Part shown: positions 11,441 to 24,123 of the stretch, piece by piece
How the letters are laid out: each line of letters opens with the position of its first letter
How positions within the stretch are numbered: the first letter of the stretch is position 1
Assembly (NCBI GenBank): GCA_002269645.1
Contig: NIVC01003724.1
Coordinates: 1 to 64,000 of the forward strand
Origin: Macrostomum lignano
Taxonomy: Eukaryota
Length of the DNA: 64,000 nucleotides
Direction: 5' to 3'
The notes under the pieces: model-generated
The model's database searches: none
Seen by the model: the letters and a program-made list of their open reading frames with translations, nothing else
Told to the model about the DNA's origin: nothing
Position numbers and translations under genes: made by a program

Positions 11441-11542
11441 GTTAACTGGAAGAGAGAACTCCAGGCAACGGCCAAATTTCCACTCGCGGCTAGCGCCGCT
11501 CGTGGCTTTGGCCGTTGCCTGGAGTTCTCTCTTCCAGTTAAC
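11441..11542. repeat. Perfect 36-bp inverted repeat enclosing a GC-rich inner stem
   Basis: GTTAACTGGAAGAGAGAACTCCAGGCAACGGCCAAA at 11441-11476 and its exact reverse complement at 11507-11542. Confidence 0.95.
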
Positions 11543-12208
11543 CCCCCATTGCAATTCAAAATTCATGGGATTCAAGCAATAGATTTACCAAAATTCAGCA
11601 AACCTACATGCTGTTCCTATTGTTTTAATGTAATTTGATGCAAACAGATTAAAATGTTTGAATTACGATTTTTATAGGTTTTTTGTATCTGAAAAAATAT
11701 CGAGATCTCAATGCTGAAATCTGAGAGTTATAATTTTAATTTTACTTAATTTTAATTATTTTATGTCACTTTAATAGGCTCGATTGTAGGAACGGTATTC
11801 AATGAAAAAAAGACCATGCTTAAAAGAACTAGCCTTAATAAACTCCGTTTGCATGCAATGAATGTGTTTCAAGAATGGATTTTAATTTAACACAATTATA
11901 TTTAATTAAGCAGCTCTTGAATATAACTTGAGTATAAATCTGAAAATACTATATTATAACTATACGCATACTAATATTAATACAAAGATTAATAAAATGT
12001 AAAACACGTGTACCAATAAACTGTGCAAACAACAGGCAGCAAAGCTTGATTGTTTTCCATCAGCCAATTATATTGTAGATAAGATTGAAACAGACTAGTA
12101 GAGAGTAATTAAAATTTGAGTTAATAACTACATTGAGGTTTGCTTTGCTCCAAACAACAATATTTATATTTCAGGTCGTCAACTACTAGGAAATATCGAT
12201 AAAGTGCA

Positions 12209-12846
12209 GCTGGCGGGGAGAGGAAAGAGAGAGGAAAGAGGAAAGAGGGTTTGGGGGTTAATAGCCAGACCAGAAAATCGATAACCCTCTCTTACCACCA
12301 ACCCATTCTGCCAGAGTCTACAATAGCGTTTAAGTGTGGCTGGCGGGGAGAAGAAAGACACATGGGGGTTAATAGCCAGACCAGAAAATCGATAACCCTC
12401 ACCCACCACCCCATTCTGCCAGTCTACAAAAGCGATTAAGTGTGGCTGGCGGGGAGAAGAAAGACACATGGGGGTTAATAGCCAGACCAGAAAATCGATA
12501 ACCCTCTCTTACCACCACCCATTCTGCCAGAGTCTACAATAGCGATTAAGTGTGGCTGGCGGGGAGAAGAAAGACACATGGGGGTTAATAGCCAGACCAG
12601 AAAATCGATAACCCTCACCCACCACCCCATTCTGCCAGTCTACAAAAGCGATTAAGTGTGGCTGGCGGGGAGAAGAAAGACACATGGGGGTTAATAGCCA
12701 GACCAGAAAATCGATAACCCTCTCTTACCACCACCCATTCTGCCAGAGTCTACAATAGCGATTAAGTGTGGCTGGCGGGGAGAAGAAAGACACATGGGGG
12801 TTAATAGCCAGACCAGAAAATCGATAACCCTCACCCACCACCCCAT
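12209..12846. repeat. Tandem repeat with alternating 106/110-bp units
   Basis: TGGCGGGG recurs at 12341, 12447, 12557, 12663, 12773. Confidence 0.9.
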
Positions 12847-13942
12847 TTGGTCACAAGTGCACTCAAGAAATAAAATTAAATCGTAACAATTGAATCGAAC
12901 TGTCTATCCACGAAGTCTAAAATGATTGGCTGTTGGATAAAGTCAATTTTTACCGCTCAGTTGAGCAGACAGTTTCCGGATACTCGTACATGAGCCAAAT
13001 TCCGTACGTAGGTGTAGGTCAATTTCTATATAAAAATCACAATATTGCTTTGCAGCAAATGGGTAAAGAAGTCAAACAAAAACTAAATTGGTGCACAATA
13101 AAGGAAACATAAATACACACTGATACACGCAAATGTCAAATAAAATGAATTCGTCATGAGGCAGTGACATGTCGCCACAGTTGAAATGGATTACAAGTTG
13201 CACTTTAACTTAAATACATAAACATAAGAAATGTAGACAACAATAAAAGCTTGTGACTAACGAGGTCAAAATTGCGTTGAAGTAAAATCATAACTCAATT
13301 GCGCATAGTTTAATAATGATAATGAGATAAGCTCATGACAGATCCTTCTATGCATTATTATGTAAGCAATAAATATATGAGAATAACTTTATAGAAAAGC
13401 CGATTCATCTCGAACTCTATTGTTGGGGGTTATCCTGTTGTTCGTACGAGCGCAGTTATAAGTTTTGTTGTCTTAATTCACTTGTTCGCTTCTTGGCTCA
13501 AGACACGAGCTCGGGACCTTTGGCACAGATGAGCAAAAGTCATCGTATTGCCCGTTTGGATTTTGCTTTAGGTCAATGGTCAATTGACTAAATAAAGCAT
13601 TATGTATAGAGTCGTATCGATAAAAGTTAACGTTTAGTAATATTATTATTTCACGAGCAACTACATATTTTAGCATATGCTGGATTAGATACTAAACACG
13701 GCGTTAGAAAAAACAGAAAAGTACATGTAGAGAAACATGTAAATTTTATTTATAAGCTACACGCAATAATAATTAATTGAAGGGGGATGGGATTCTTTTA
13801 GATTAATAATTTTCCTGCTGCATTGGATTACCAATATCTTTTTTATTTAAGAATACAAAATTACTGAACAAGCTGTGGCAAACAAAGTGCCATAAACAGC
13901 ACCCGCTTTATAAAAATTAAAAATGTTCGCCTAAACATCACC

Positions 13943-15345
13943 CCAACCCGCCTGGGTCTTATCTACTTCCAAAACACCAATAAAATCAGTGTTGGCTTGG
14001 ATAGGAAAGAGAGAGCAGGGGTAGAGGAGCCCAGCACCCCAACTCGCCTGGGTCTTATCTAATTCCAAAACACCAATAAAATCTGTGTTGGCTTAAACAG
14101 AAAAGAGAGAGCAGGGGTAGAGGAGCCCAGCACCCCAACTCGCCTGGGTCTTATCTAATTCCAAAACGCCAATAAAATCAGTGTTGGCTTGGATAGGAAA
14201 GAGAGAGCAGGGGTAGAGAAGCCCAGAACCCCAACTCGCCTGGGTCTTATATAATTCCAAAACGCCAATAAAATCAGTGTTGGCTTGGACAGGAAAGAGG
14301 AAGCAGGGGTAGAGGAGCCCACCACCCCAACTCGCCTGGGTCTTATATAATTCCAAAACACCAATAAAATCAGTGTTGGCTTGGACAGGAAAGAGGAAGC
14401 AGGGGTAGAGGAGCCCACCACCCCAACTCGCCTGGGTCTTATCTAATTCCAAAACACCAATAAAATCTGTGTTGGCTTAAACAGAAAAGAGAGAGCAGGG
14501 GTAGAGGAGCCCAGCACCCCAACTCGCCTGGGTCTTATCTAATTCCAAAACGCCAATAAAATCAGTGTTGGCTTGGATAGGAAAGAGAGAGCAGGGGTAG
14601 AGAAGCCCAGAACCCCAACTCGCCTGGGTCTTATATAATTCCAAAACGCCAATAAAATCAGTGTTGGCTTGGACAGGAAAGAGGAAGCAGGGGTAGAGGA
14701 GCCCACCACCCAACTCGCCTGGGTCTTATATAATTCCAAAACACCAATAAAATCAGTGTTGGCTTGGACAGGAAAGAGGAAGCAGGGGTAGAGGAGCCCA
14801 CCACCCCAACTCGCCTGGGTCTTATCTAATTCCAAAACACCAATAAAATCTGTGTTGGCTTAAACAGAAAAGAGAGAGCAGGGGTAGAGGAGCCCAGCAC
14901 CCCAACTCGCCTGGGTCTTATCTAATTCCAAAACGCCAATAAAATCAGTGTTGGCTTGGATAGGAAAGAGAGAGCAGGGGTAGAGAAGCCCAGAACCCCA
15001 ACTCGCCTGGGTCTTATATAATTCCAAAACACCAATAAAATCAGTGTTGGCTTGGACAGGAAAGAGGAAGCAGGGGTAGAGGAGCTCACCACCCCAACTC
15101 GCCTGGGTCTTATATAATTCCAAAACGCCAATAAAATCAGTGTTGGCTTGGATAGGAAAGAGAGAGCAGGGGTAGAGAAGCCCAAAACCCCAACTCGCCT
15201 GGGTCTTATATAATTCCAAAACACCAATAAAATCAGTGTTGGCTTAAACAGAAAAGAGAGAGCAGGGGTAGAGGAGCCCAGCACCCCAATTCGCCTGGGT
15301 CTTATCTAATTCCAAAACGGTTTGGATGAGGAGCTTACCACCCCA
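13943..15345. repeat. 96-bp tandem repeat, about 14 copies, with variant ordering
   Basis: AACTCGCC recurs every 96 bp from 14041; diagnostic variants TAAACAG, GGATAGG, GGACAGG. Confidence 0.95.
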
Positions 15346-15678
15346 ATGTGTTACGGTTTTACGAGTATACTATGGCAAAGTAGATAGCCCTTTAAGTCTA
15401 TAAAGTCTATAGACAAAATGAGCGACATCTAATCGAAAAGATAAAAAACACTTGAACAGAAAGACAAACAGAGGTACTAAAACACAGACCAAAGTTTCTT
15501 GACTAGAATAATTTGCTAGACAGAGGTTGAATATCATAAAAACATAGCCAAAAACAATAGAAAAATTTTCGTCGTAACTGAATGGAGCAGAGACAATCCA
15601 TAATGCATTGATAGACCAAAGTCCACAAGTCTCAGTTTTTTCCTCAAAAGACTCAACCGGAGTCAGATCAACTCAAAC

Positions 15679-15986
15679 TCAAGCATTATTGACCAGATAG
15701 GCTCCGCTGTTGGGCCGGCTTCCCGTGCTCACCGTGGCCGTTTCCTCCAGCTCCTGGATCGGGTCCAGAAACGAGCAGGCCGTGGCCTGATAGAAGCCGG
15801 CGTGCTCAGCAACGGGGAACAGGGGATCAGCGGCGGGGCTCACGCCCTCGGCCAGCTGCGGATCGATGCCGGCGTAGACGGGCCGGTAGAGCGACCGGGT
15901 AGGGGAGATCGAACCCTGGTCGGCCGCCGCCGAGGCCGACAACTGCCGGAAATGGGAGGGGGGTTGGGTGGCTTGAGATCGTGAAA
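15679..15986 (-). CDS. Candidate terminal exon, gene assignment uncertain
   Basis: GC-rich island, acceptor ctccctgctgcag at 15987, open frame SRSQATQPP...AYLVNNA-stop. Confidence 0.35.
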
Positions 15987-16149
15987 CTGCAGCAGGGAGA
16001 GCGGCAGTTTTCTTTGCTTTTGCTTGAATATAAAAATATTTCTTGCTTTAGGGTTTAAAAAATGTAAGTGTTAAAAATCGTGAATAAATCGTTCTTTTGT
16101 TTTTCTGCCCTCGATTTTCACTTATCCGCGCAGAAATCCCCTCCAAACT

Positions 16150-16553
16150 TCATCTCAATCCTCCCCTGTCTCTCTTGATCCTCCCCTCCTCTTTACCCTC
16201 TTCGCTCCCTCTTTACCCTCCTCGGTCCCTCTCTACCCTCCTCTCTCCTCTTTACCCTCCTCGCTCCCTCTTTACCCTCCTCTCTCCCTCTTTACCCTCC
16301 TCTCTCCCTCTTTTCCCTCCTCTCTCCTCTTTACCCTCCTCTCTCCTTCTTTACCCTCCTCTCTCCCTATTTACCCTCCTCTCTCCTCTTTACCCTCCTC
16401 TCTCCTCTTTACCCTCCTCTCTCCCTTTTTAACCTCCTCTATCCCTCTTTACCCTCCTCTCTCCCTCTTTACCCTCCTCTCTCCCTCTTTACCCTCCTCT
16501 CTCCCTCTTTACCCTCCTCTCTCCCTCTTTACCCTCCTCTCTCCCTCTTTACC
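16150..16553. repeat. 20-bp pyrimidine minisatellite CTCTTTACCCTCCTCTCTCC
   Basis: Direct reading. Confidence 0.9.
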
Positions 16554-17029
16554 CATACTTCCTGATAATGCTCCATTTAGGTGTCAAAAAACCACTGACA
16601 AGAACACGTAAATTTAAAGTTTTTATCCTGCAGTTATTTATAGTTTTTCAAACGTTTACATACAATGATTTACAAATATTAAACAATCGAACGAAAACAG
16701 AATTTTTACTCCTTTTTTTATCAGCATTAAGCGTCACCGAACTACTAATAGTAAAAGATCCGCGCATAAATTGCTATTTAGACTTACCCCGTAAGAGACA
16801 GTGCGTATTCGCATTATTGAGTTCACTTAAGCAGATATGAGCTTACGAGTATCAGTGCTAAGCTGATGTAATAATATAACAATTATAATAGCAACCATAT
16901 TTACACGAGCGAGGTTCTCAACTAAATTTTATCAAAAAATTTCTTACTATCAAAAGATTATGGACATAAAACTCAAAACTTATCTAGAATTATCTTCAGA
17001 AATAAACTTTCGATACGTATATCTACCTA

Positions 17030-17985
17030 GCTACTCTCTCCCATCTACCTCTTTACTCTTCTATCTACCTATCTGCTCTCTCTCCCATCTACCTCTTTAC
17101 TCTCTCGTTATCTGCTTGTCTCCTCTCTCCCATCTATCGGTTTACTCTCTCTTATCTACCAGTATATTTTCACCTATCTAATAAGCTACTCCCTCCCATC
17201 TACCAGTCTACTCTCTCCCATCAACCTTTTTACTCTCTCTTATCTACTTATCTCCTTTCCCTATCTACCATTCTACTCTCCAATCTACCAGTCTACTCTT
17301 CTAATCTACCAGTCTACTCTTCCCATCTACCAGTCTACTCTTCTCATATACCAGTCTACTCTCTCTCATCTACCAGTCTACTCTCTCCATCTACCAGTCT
17401 ACTCTCTCCATCTACCAGTCTACTCTCTCCATCTACCAGTCTACTCTCTCCATCTACCAGTCTACTCTCTCCATCTACCAGTCTACTCTCTCCATCTACC
17501 AGTCTACTCTCTCCATCTACCAGTCTACTCTCTCCATCTACCAGTCTACTCTCTCCATCTACCTGCCTACTCTCTCCATCTACCTGCCTACTCTCTCCAT
17601 CTACCAGTCTACTCTCTCCATCTACCAGTCTACTCTCTCCATCTACCTGCCTACTCTCTCCATCTACCTGCCTACTCTCTCCATCTACCTGCCTACTCTC
17701 TCCATCTACCAGTCTACTCTCTCCATCTACCAGTCTACTCTCTCCATCTACCTGCCTACTCTCTCCATCTACCAGTCTACTCTCTCCATCTACCAGTCTA
17801 CTCTCTCCATCTACCAGTCTACTCTCTCCATCTACCAGTCTACTCTCTCCATCTACCAGTCTACTCTTCTCATATACCAGTCTACTCTCTCCCATCTACC
17901 AGTCTACTCTTCTCATATACCAGTCTACTCTCTCTTATCTACCAGTCTACTCTCTAATTTTCTACCTGCCTACTCTCCCCATCTG
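17030..17985. repeat. 21-bp minisatellite CTACCAGTCTACTCTCTCCAT with degenerate flanks
   Basis: Direct reading; homogeneous core about 17340-17945. Confidence 0.9.
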
Positions 17986-18134
17986 TTTGTTGACTTTCTC
18001 CTATTTATCTGTCTACTCTCTGATCTACCTCCGGGTCCCTCAGTCTCCCTACTCTTCAGCAGATAAATTTTGGTCTCAAAGCGGATGCCAGCCAGGAAAT
18101 TCCCAAAAGCCCGCACAAAAGCTATTTTTTAGGT

Positions 18135-18356
18135 TTAAAGCGCGGAGGGGCGCACAAAGTCGCAGACAGTTTGTCCGGGACCGCCAAAGTGTTCGGAGCG
18201 ATGCAGGGCGCCCTTCCAGACCACTTTGAACTCGGCGGACTGCGCCAGCCAGCTGGCAGAGGCCAACAGGTCATCGCCGCCGTTGTGGCGACTCTCTGAA
18301 TTGCCCGATGAGGCTTCCAGGCTGGCGTAGACGGTGGGGGACCTGACAGATGCCGT
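18135..18356 (-). CDS. Multi-pass membrane protein, candidate last exon
   Basis: Acceptor cctccttag|ACG, phase 0 matching the donor at 19741; 73 codons TASVRSPTVY...RPSAL then TAA. Confidence 0.45.
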   Translation of the reverse strand, partial: TASVRSPTVYASLEASSGNSESRHNGGDDLLASASWLAQSAEFKVVWKGALHRSEHFGGPGQTVCDFVRPSAL

Positions 18357-18482
18357 CTAAGGAGGCGCATTTCGAATATGGGATTAGTGGGGCTCTTTAA
18401 TAGCAGCGAAGCGGCTGGAGACTGAACAGAGGTTAAGGGAAGGAAGGAAAGGTAAGGAACCACTGCTTGATTAATAATTGTG

Positions 18483-19250
18483 CCCAGCAATTGAGGATCT
18501 GGGAGGCTGGCCCAGCAACTGAGGATCTGGGAGGCTGGCCCAGCAACTAAGGATCTGGGAGGCTGGCCCAGCAACTGGGGATCTGGGAGGCTGGTGGCCC
18601 AGCAACTGAGGATCTGGGAGGCTGGCCTATCAGCTGATGATCTGGGAGGCTGGCCCAGCAACTGAGGATCTGGGAGGCTGGCCCAGCAGCTGAGGATCTG
18701 GGAGGCTGGCCCAGCAACTGAGGATCTGGGAGGCTGGCCCAGCAACTGAGGATCTGGGAGGCTGGTGGCCCAGCAACTGAGGATCTGGGAGGCTGGCCTA
18801 GCAACTGAGGATCTGGGAGACTGGCCCAGCAACTGAGGATCTGGGAGGCTGGCCCAGCAACTGAGGATCTGGGAGGCTGGCCCAGCAACTGAGGATCTGG
18901 GAGGCTGGCCCAGCAGCTGAGGATCTGGGAGGCTGGCCCAGCAACTGAGGATCTGGGAGGCTGGCCTAGCAACTGAGGATCTGGGAGGCTGGCCCAGCAA
19001 CTGAGGATCTGGGAGGCTGGCATAGCAACTGAGGATCTGAGAGGCTGGCCCAGCAACTGAGGATCTGGGAGGCTGGTGGCCCAGCAACTGAGGATCTGGG
19101 AGGCTGGCCTAGAAACTGAGGATCTGGGAGACTGGTCCAGCAACTGGGGATCTGGGAGGCTGGTGGCCCAGCAACTGAGGATCTGGGAGGCTGGCCCAGC
19201 AACTGAGGATCTGGGAGGCTGGCCCAGCAACTAAGGATCTGGGAGGGTGG
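18483..19250. repeat. 28-bp minisatellite CCCAGCAACTGAGGATCTGGGAGGCTGG
   Basis: Direct reading; some units carry a 3-bp insertion. Confidence 0.95.
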
Positions 19251-19740
19251 CAGATCCAGATCCTGCGGCCTGTTCGATGCACTTCTAACCAAACTGACGA
19301 CAACAAAGAAAATTTCGAATTCTAAAACACTTTTCGTTAGAGCTAAAAGCGGAAAAAACAGATTGAAGTGCAGAGCGGCTATTCCTGGAACTGGGGGCGT
19401 GGCACGTCAAGGTCGCTCACGCGATGCTCAAAGCAGCTCGAGCTGACATCTGATTCGCCCGACGTTTGAGCAGGAAGCGGAATCAAAACAGATCTTTTTC
19501 AGAGTGTTACCGCGGACACGAAATTCGGATCATGTTTTGGGATTTATTCAAACGAAGAACGCATGTCTGATTTAACAAACTTTTTAACCATGAAACCAAA
19601 AACCTTTTACTTGTTACACTTGGGGTTGGGTGTCTGTCGAGCCCCCAACAATTTCACACCTCGATGCGCATAGATTATTTGAGTCGCACAACTCACGCGA
19701 AACCCAGATTAAAGGACTCAAACGGGTGCAGCAGACTCAC

Positions 19741-20042
19741 CCGTTCGCACTGTCCCAGCAGCCGCTGCCGCTCCATCTCGTGTATCTTCTTGTACTCGAT
19801 AGCGTCCTGGTAGAACAGGATGAGCACGGCTAGGGAAGGCAGCAGGTGAGCGGTGACGACCACAATGGAGTGCACAGGCAGGTAAACCCGGAGGTCGTGA
19901 TTGAACACCCCGGAGCAGGAGGCGGCGCTGGAGCTGCGCAGGAATAGCCAGTAGGCCAGGTTGATGAGGCTCCCGAAGGCGAACACAAGGACGCTACTGC
20001 AATTCGGAGGTTGATGCACGCGAGTCAAGACATCTGCTGGGT
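19741..20042 (-). CDS. Multi-pass membrane protein, internal exon with two hydrophobic segments
   Basis: Acceptor tctgtag at 20043, donor CGG|GTGAGT at 19741/19740; VLVFAFGSLINLAYWLFL and IVVVTAHLLPSLAVLILFY. Confidence 0.7.
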
Positions 20043-20051
20043 CTACAGACT

Positions 20052-20500
20052 CCCAGGATCCCAGATCCCAGATCCCAGGATCTCAGATCCCAGATCCCAG
20101 GATCTCAGATCCCAGGATCCCAGGATCCCAGATCCCAGATCCCAGGATCCCAGATCCCAGGATCCCAGATCCCAGATCCCAGATCCCAGATCCCAGATCC
20201 CAGGATCCCAGATCCCAGGATCCCAGATCCCAGATCCCAGGATCCCAGATCCCAGGATCCCAGGATCCCAGGATCCCAGATCCCAGGATCCCAGATCCCA
20301 GGATCCCAGATCCCAGGATCCCAGATCCCAGGATCCCAGATCCCAGGATCCCAGATCCCAGGATCCCAGATCCCAGGATCCCAGATCCCAGGATCCCAGA
20401 TCCCAGGATCCCAGATCACAGATCCCAGGATCTCAGATCCCAGGATCCTAGATCCCAGATCCCAGGATCCCAGAATCTTGTGTTCAATCCCAGATCCCAG
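20052..20500. repeat. 15-bp repeat CCCAGATCCCAGGAT
   Basis: Direct reading. Confidence 0.95.
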
Positions 20501-20690
20501 AATGTGCCCGATAGGGAGAGTCAGCCAGTGGCTGACTTAAACAAATTTGTACTTTTTTGAAGTGAAATAATTAAATAACCAAGCTTTATCTATTTTAACT
20601 TTTCCTTTTATTAGTCACGTCCCGCTGTCCAGGCGTTTATTGACAGCAAATTAGCGAAATTTGTTTATAAGCAAGGCTAGCTAAACTCGC

Positions 20691-20836
20691 CCCAGGGGAC
20701 CTCAGCTGATGCGTTGAACAGCTGCGCCAGTCGCTGCGTTGTCTCCGAGAGCCGGACCCGAGGGAGTCGATTGTGGTGCATTGGGTCGGAATAGAAGATT
20801 TGCACCAGCAAAGTGCTTCTCGGCCCGGCAGCGATT
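20691..20836 (-). CDS. Multi-pass membrane protein, inferred bridging exon (start 20815 or 20836)
   Basis: A phase 2 to phase 1 exon is required between 22223 and 20042; frame TLLVQIFYSDPMHHNRLPRVRLSETTQRLAQLFNASAEVPW fits if a G|GCGAGT donor at 20690 is used. Confidence 0.3.
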
Positions 20837-21101
20837 CTGTGCCTTCGATTTCAAGCTGGGGATGCTGGCTACTATCCGCCCGCTGCTCTAGTGCAGTTCA
20901 AGCACTTTGGCAAACACAAGCCTGGATGCCACCGTCTCTACCTCTTTGCTGTCCAGGGATTAAGCCTGGACCCGCGATTCTGCAGGGATCCGTGCAGTAT
21001 ATTTAGCAATGCGATCCCAAAGTGCACATCACAGAGCTGGCCATCGCGGCTAAGTTGGATCTAAATCTTGGGTAGTAATCCGGATGCAGATTGTAGAACT
21101 T

Positions 21102-21455
21102 AGGATTGGGTTTCTGGGATTTTGGATTGGGATTCTGGGATTTTAGATTCAGATTCTGGGATTTAGGATTGGGATTCTGGGATTTCGGATTGGGATCCTG
21201 GGGTTTCGGATTGGGATTCTGGGATTTAGGATTGGGATTCTGGGATTTAGGATTGGGATTCTGGGATTTCGGATTGGGATCCTGGGATTTTGGATTGGGA
21301 TTCTGGGATTTTAAATTGGGATTCTGGGATTTTGGATTGGGATGCTGGGATTTTGGATTGGGATTCTGGGATTTTAAATTGGGATTCTGGGATTTTGGAT
21401 TGGGATGCTGGGATTTTGGATTAAGATTTTAGGATTTGGATTGGGATTCTGAGAT
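21102..21455. repeat. 21-bp repeat GATTGGGATTCTGGGATTTYR
   Basis: Direct reading. Confidence 0.9.
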
Positions 21456-22024
21456 CGGAGCTCTGAAGGCTGGGATGGAGACTCTGGATTCTAGACTGGG
21501 ATTCAGGAATTTTCGGGGCTCGGATTCCAGAAGATGAAAACAGAATTTAGTATTCTAGAAGTGGGGATCGGGAATCGATGATTAGAAGATTACTATGGCA
21601 TGCGCAATAATGAAACTATATTGGTGCAGCCAAAGTTAGGCCTAATTAGCAAATGATATCAACAGCTCTTCCCCTGCGGAAATCTCTACCCAAATCTGTC
21701 TGCCAGACTGCAAGCACTATTGCTGGGTAACTAAACCGCCTGCCAGACTGCAAACAGAGCTGCTACCGCCGCTGCTGGCATTTATTTTCATACGAGATCC
21801 AGCACTGGACTGCACTATTGCACTTCATTCATTGCCGCCTAAACTGCCCGAATTCATTCCGTCAATGAAATGCCCATCAAAGTGACACCGTTCTGGGTTT
21901 CGATCGATTAAATCAATTGGAAGATTTGCATCACACACAGCATTCTTGTCTCCCGGTCCTGTCTCCCCAGTTCTCTCTCCCTCACTCTTGTTTGTTTGTA
22001 AGAAAACTGTTTTTCTTTCTTTAG

Positions 22025-22190
22025 TAGCAGCAGTCTTTGTTGTATCTGTCGGAGCAGCAGTCTTTGTCTCTGACGGAGCCACAATCTTTGTCCCTGACGG
22101 AGCAACAGTATTTGTCTCTGCCGGAGCAACAGTCTTTGTTTCTCAGATAGCAACAGTCTTTGTTTCTCACATAGCAACAGTCTTTGTTTC
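22025..22190. repeat. Degenerate 24-bp repeat with AGCAACAGTCTTTGT core
   Basis: Direct reading. Confidence 0.75.
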
Positions 22191-22222
22191 TTGACATGCA
22201 AGTCATGTAAGACGTGACTCAC

Positions 22223-22364
22223 AGCACAACGGTGCAGCGCAGGTAATTTCGGACAGACGGCTCGGTGTTAATCCGGTTTAATCGCTTCAAATGCTTGTAG
22301 GACACCATCGACAGGGCCAGCAGCGCAAGCCATTCGACGACCAGGAAGGCCACTTGGTAGAAGG
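22223..22364 (-). CDS. Multi-pass membrane protein, internal exon
   Basis: Acceptor tttgcag|CC at 22365, donor CT|GTGAGT at 22223/22222; FYQVAFLVVEWLALLALSMVSY; phase 1 matches the upstream exon. Confidence 0.7.
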
Positions 22365-22449
22365 CTGCAAATCGAAATTGGTTTCTATATTGAAATTTCT
22401 TATGAATGCTCATCAACTTCATACGGTCTTAAGAGCGGGAAAGGAGTGA

Positions 22450-23142
22450 CCATAGAGTGAAATGTCTACCATGCTCACAGAGTGAAAATTCTACCATAAA
22501 GTGAAAAAACTAATATAGAGGAAAAGACTTCCATAGAGTGAAAAGACTAACATTTAGTGAAAAGACTAATATAGAGTGAAGTCTACCATAGACTGAAAAA
22601 ACAGCCATAGAGTAAAAAGACTACCATAGAGTGAGAAGTCTACCATAGAGTGAAAAGACTAACAAAGTGAAAAGTCTACAATAGAGTGAAAAGTCTACCA
22701 TAGAATGAAAAGTCTACCATAGAGCGAAAAGTCTACCATAGAGTGAAAAGTCTACCATAGAGTGAAAAGTCTACCATAGAGTGAAAAGTCTACCATAGAA
22801 TGAAAAGTCTATCATAGAATGAAAAGTCTACCATAGAGTGAAAAGTCTATCATAGAGTGAAAAGTCTACCATAGAGTGAAAAGACTAACAGAGTGAAAAG
22901 TCTGCAATAGAGTGAAAAGTCTACCATAGAGTGAAAAGGTTACCATAGAGTGAAAAGTCTACCGTAGAGTGAAAAGGTTACCATAGAATGAAAGGTCTAC
23001 CATAGAGTGAAAAGGTTACCATAGAGTGAAAAGTCTACCGTAGAGTGAAAAAGTTACCATAGAATGAAAGGTCTACCATAGAGTGAAAAGGTTACCATAG
23101 AGTGAAGACTACCATAGAGTGAAAAGACTATCATAGAATGAA
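22450..23142. repeat. 19-bp minisatellite TCTACCATAGAGTGAAAAG
   Basis: Direct reading. Confidence 0.9.
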
Positions 23143-23696
23143 GAGGCAGAGTGTGACGGGTGTAGCAAGAGTAGTGACAGTTATGACTACAGAGCTCACA
23201 AGAAGTGACAAGCAGCAGAGAAGTGCTCAACCTCAGGCGCTGGCAGGAGACTGCAAACACGCGAGCTACGGAAGCAAGAAAATCACGTGACTGACAAGGC
23301 AGTTTCGGAGAAAAACTTCCTAGCTAAGGAATTCTACCTTCTTCACGGCCTGTCCTCGCTGACTGAGCCGTCTGCAACGCCCCCGTTTCTCTCTCACCTC
23401 AAAGCCCGAGAGCCGGCAAGCTATCAGGAATCGAATTACCTATGCAAGAAAATTGAGCTAGAGCACGCGTTGAGATCGGGAACAGCTGGACTGAGATATC
23501 CCCCAGATCATCATGGGCGTGAAGTCTTACTTGTTTACTAGACGCGGACGTGGGACAGAATAATATTTTCTGGTCATTCGATCACCGAAAAGTGCGGCTT
23601 TAAGACCCATTTAAATTAAAATACTGAACAGAAATTTATTGAAGGCCCGAGTATTTGGCCTTAAAGTCTATTAGCTGGAACTAAGTAACTAATTAA

Positions 23697-24123
23697 GGGT
23701 CAAGGTCTCCCTTACAGACACAACACTGGGTCAAGGCCTCCCTTACAGACACAACACTGGGTCAAGGCCTCCCTTACAGACACAACACTGGGTCAAGGCC
23801 TCCCTTACAGACACAACACTGGGTCAAGGCCTCCCTTACAGACACAACACTGGGTCAAGGCCTCCCACACAGACACAATACTGGGTCAAGGCCTCACAGA
23901 CACAACACTTGGTCAAGGCCTCACAGACACAACACTTGGTCAAGGCCTCCCTTACAGACACAACACTGGGTCAAGGCCTCCCTTACAGACACAACACTGG
24001 GTCAAGGCCTCCCTCACAGACACAACACTGGGTCAAGGCCTCACAGACACAGCACTGGGTCAAGGCCTCACAGACACAACACTGGGTCAAGGCCTCACAG
24101 ACACAACACTGGTGAAGGCCTCA
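23697..24123. repeat. 31-bp minisatellite GGTCAAGGCCTCCCTTACAGACACAACACTG with 26-bp deletion variant
   Basis: Direct reading. Confidence 0.9.

Larger units (their letters stand above)
9450..11545 (-). mobile_element. Crypton-type tyrosine-recombinase DNA transposon, approximate boundaries
   Basis: Spliced YR gene flanked by a perfect 15-bp inverted repeat (9502-9516 / 11334-11348); AATAAA on minus strand near 9620-9615. Confidence 0.65.
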
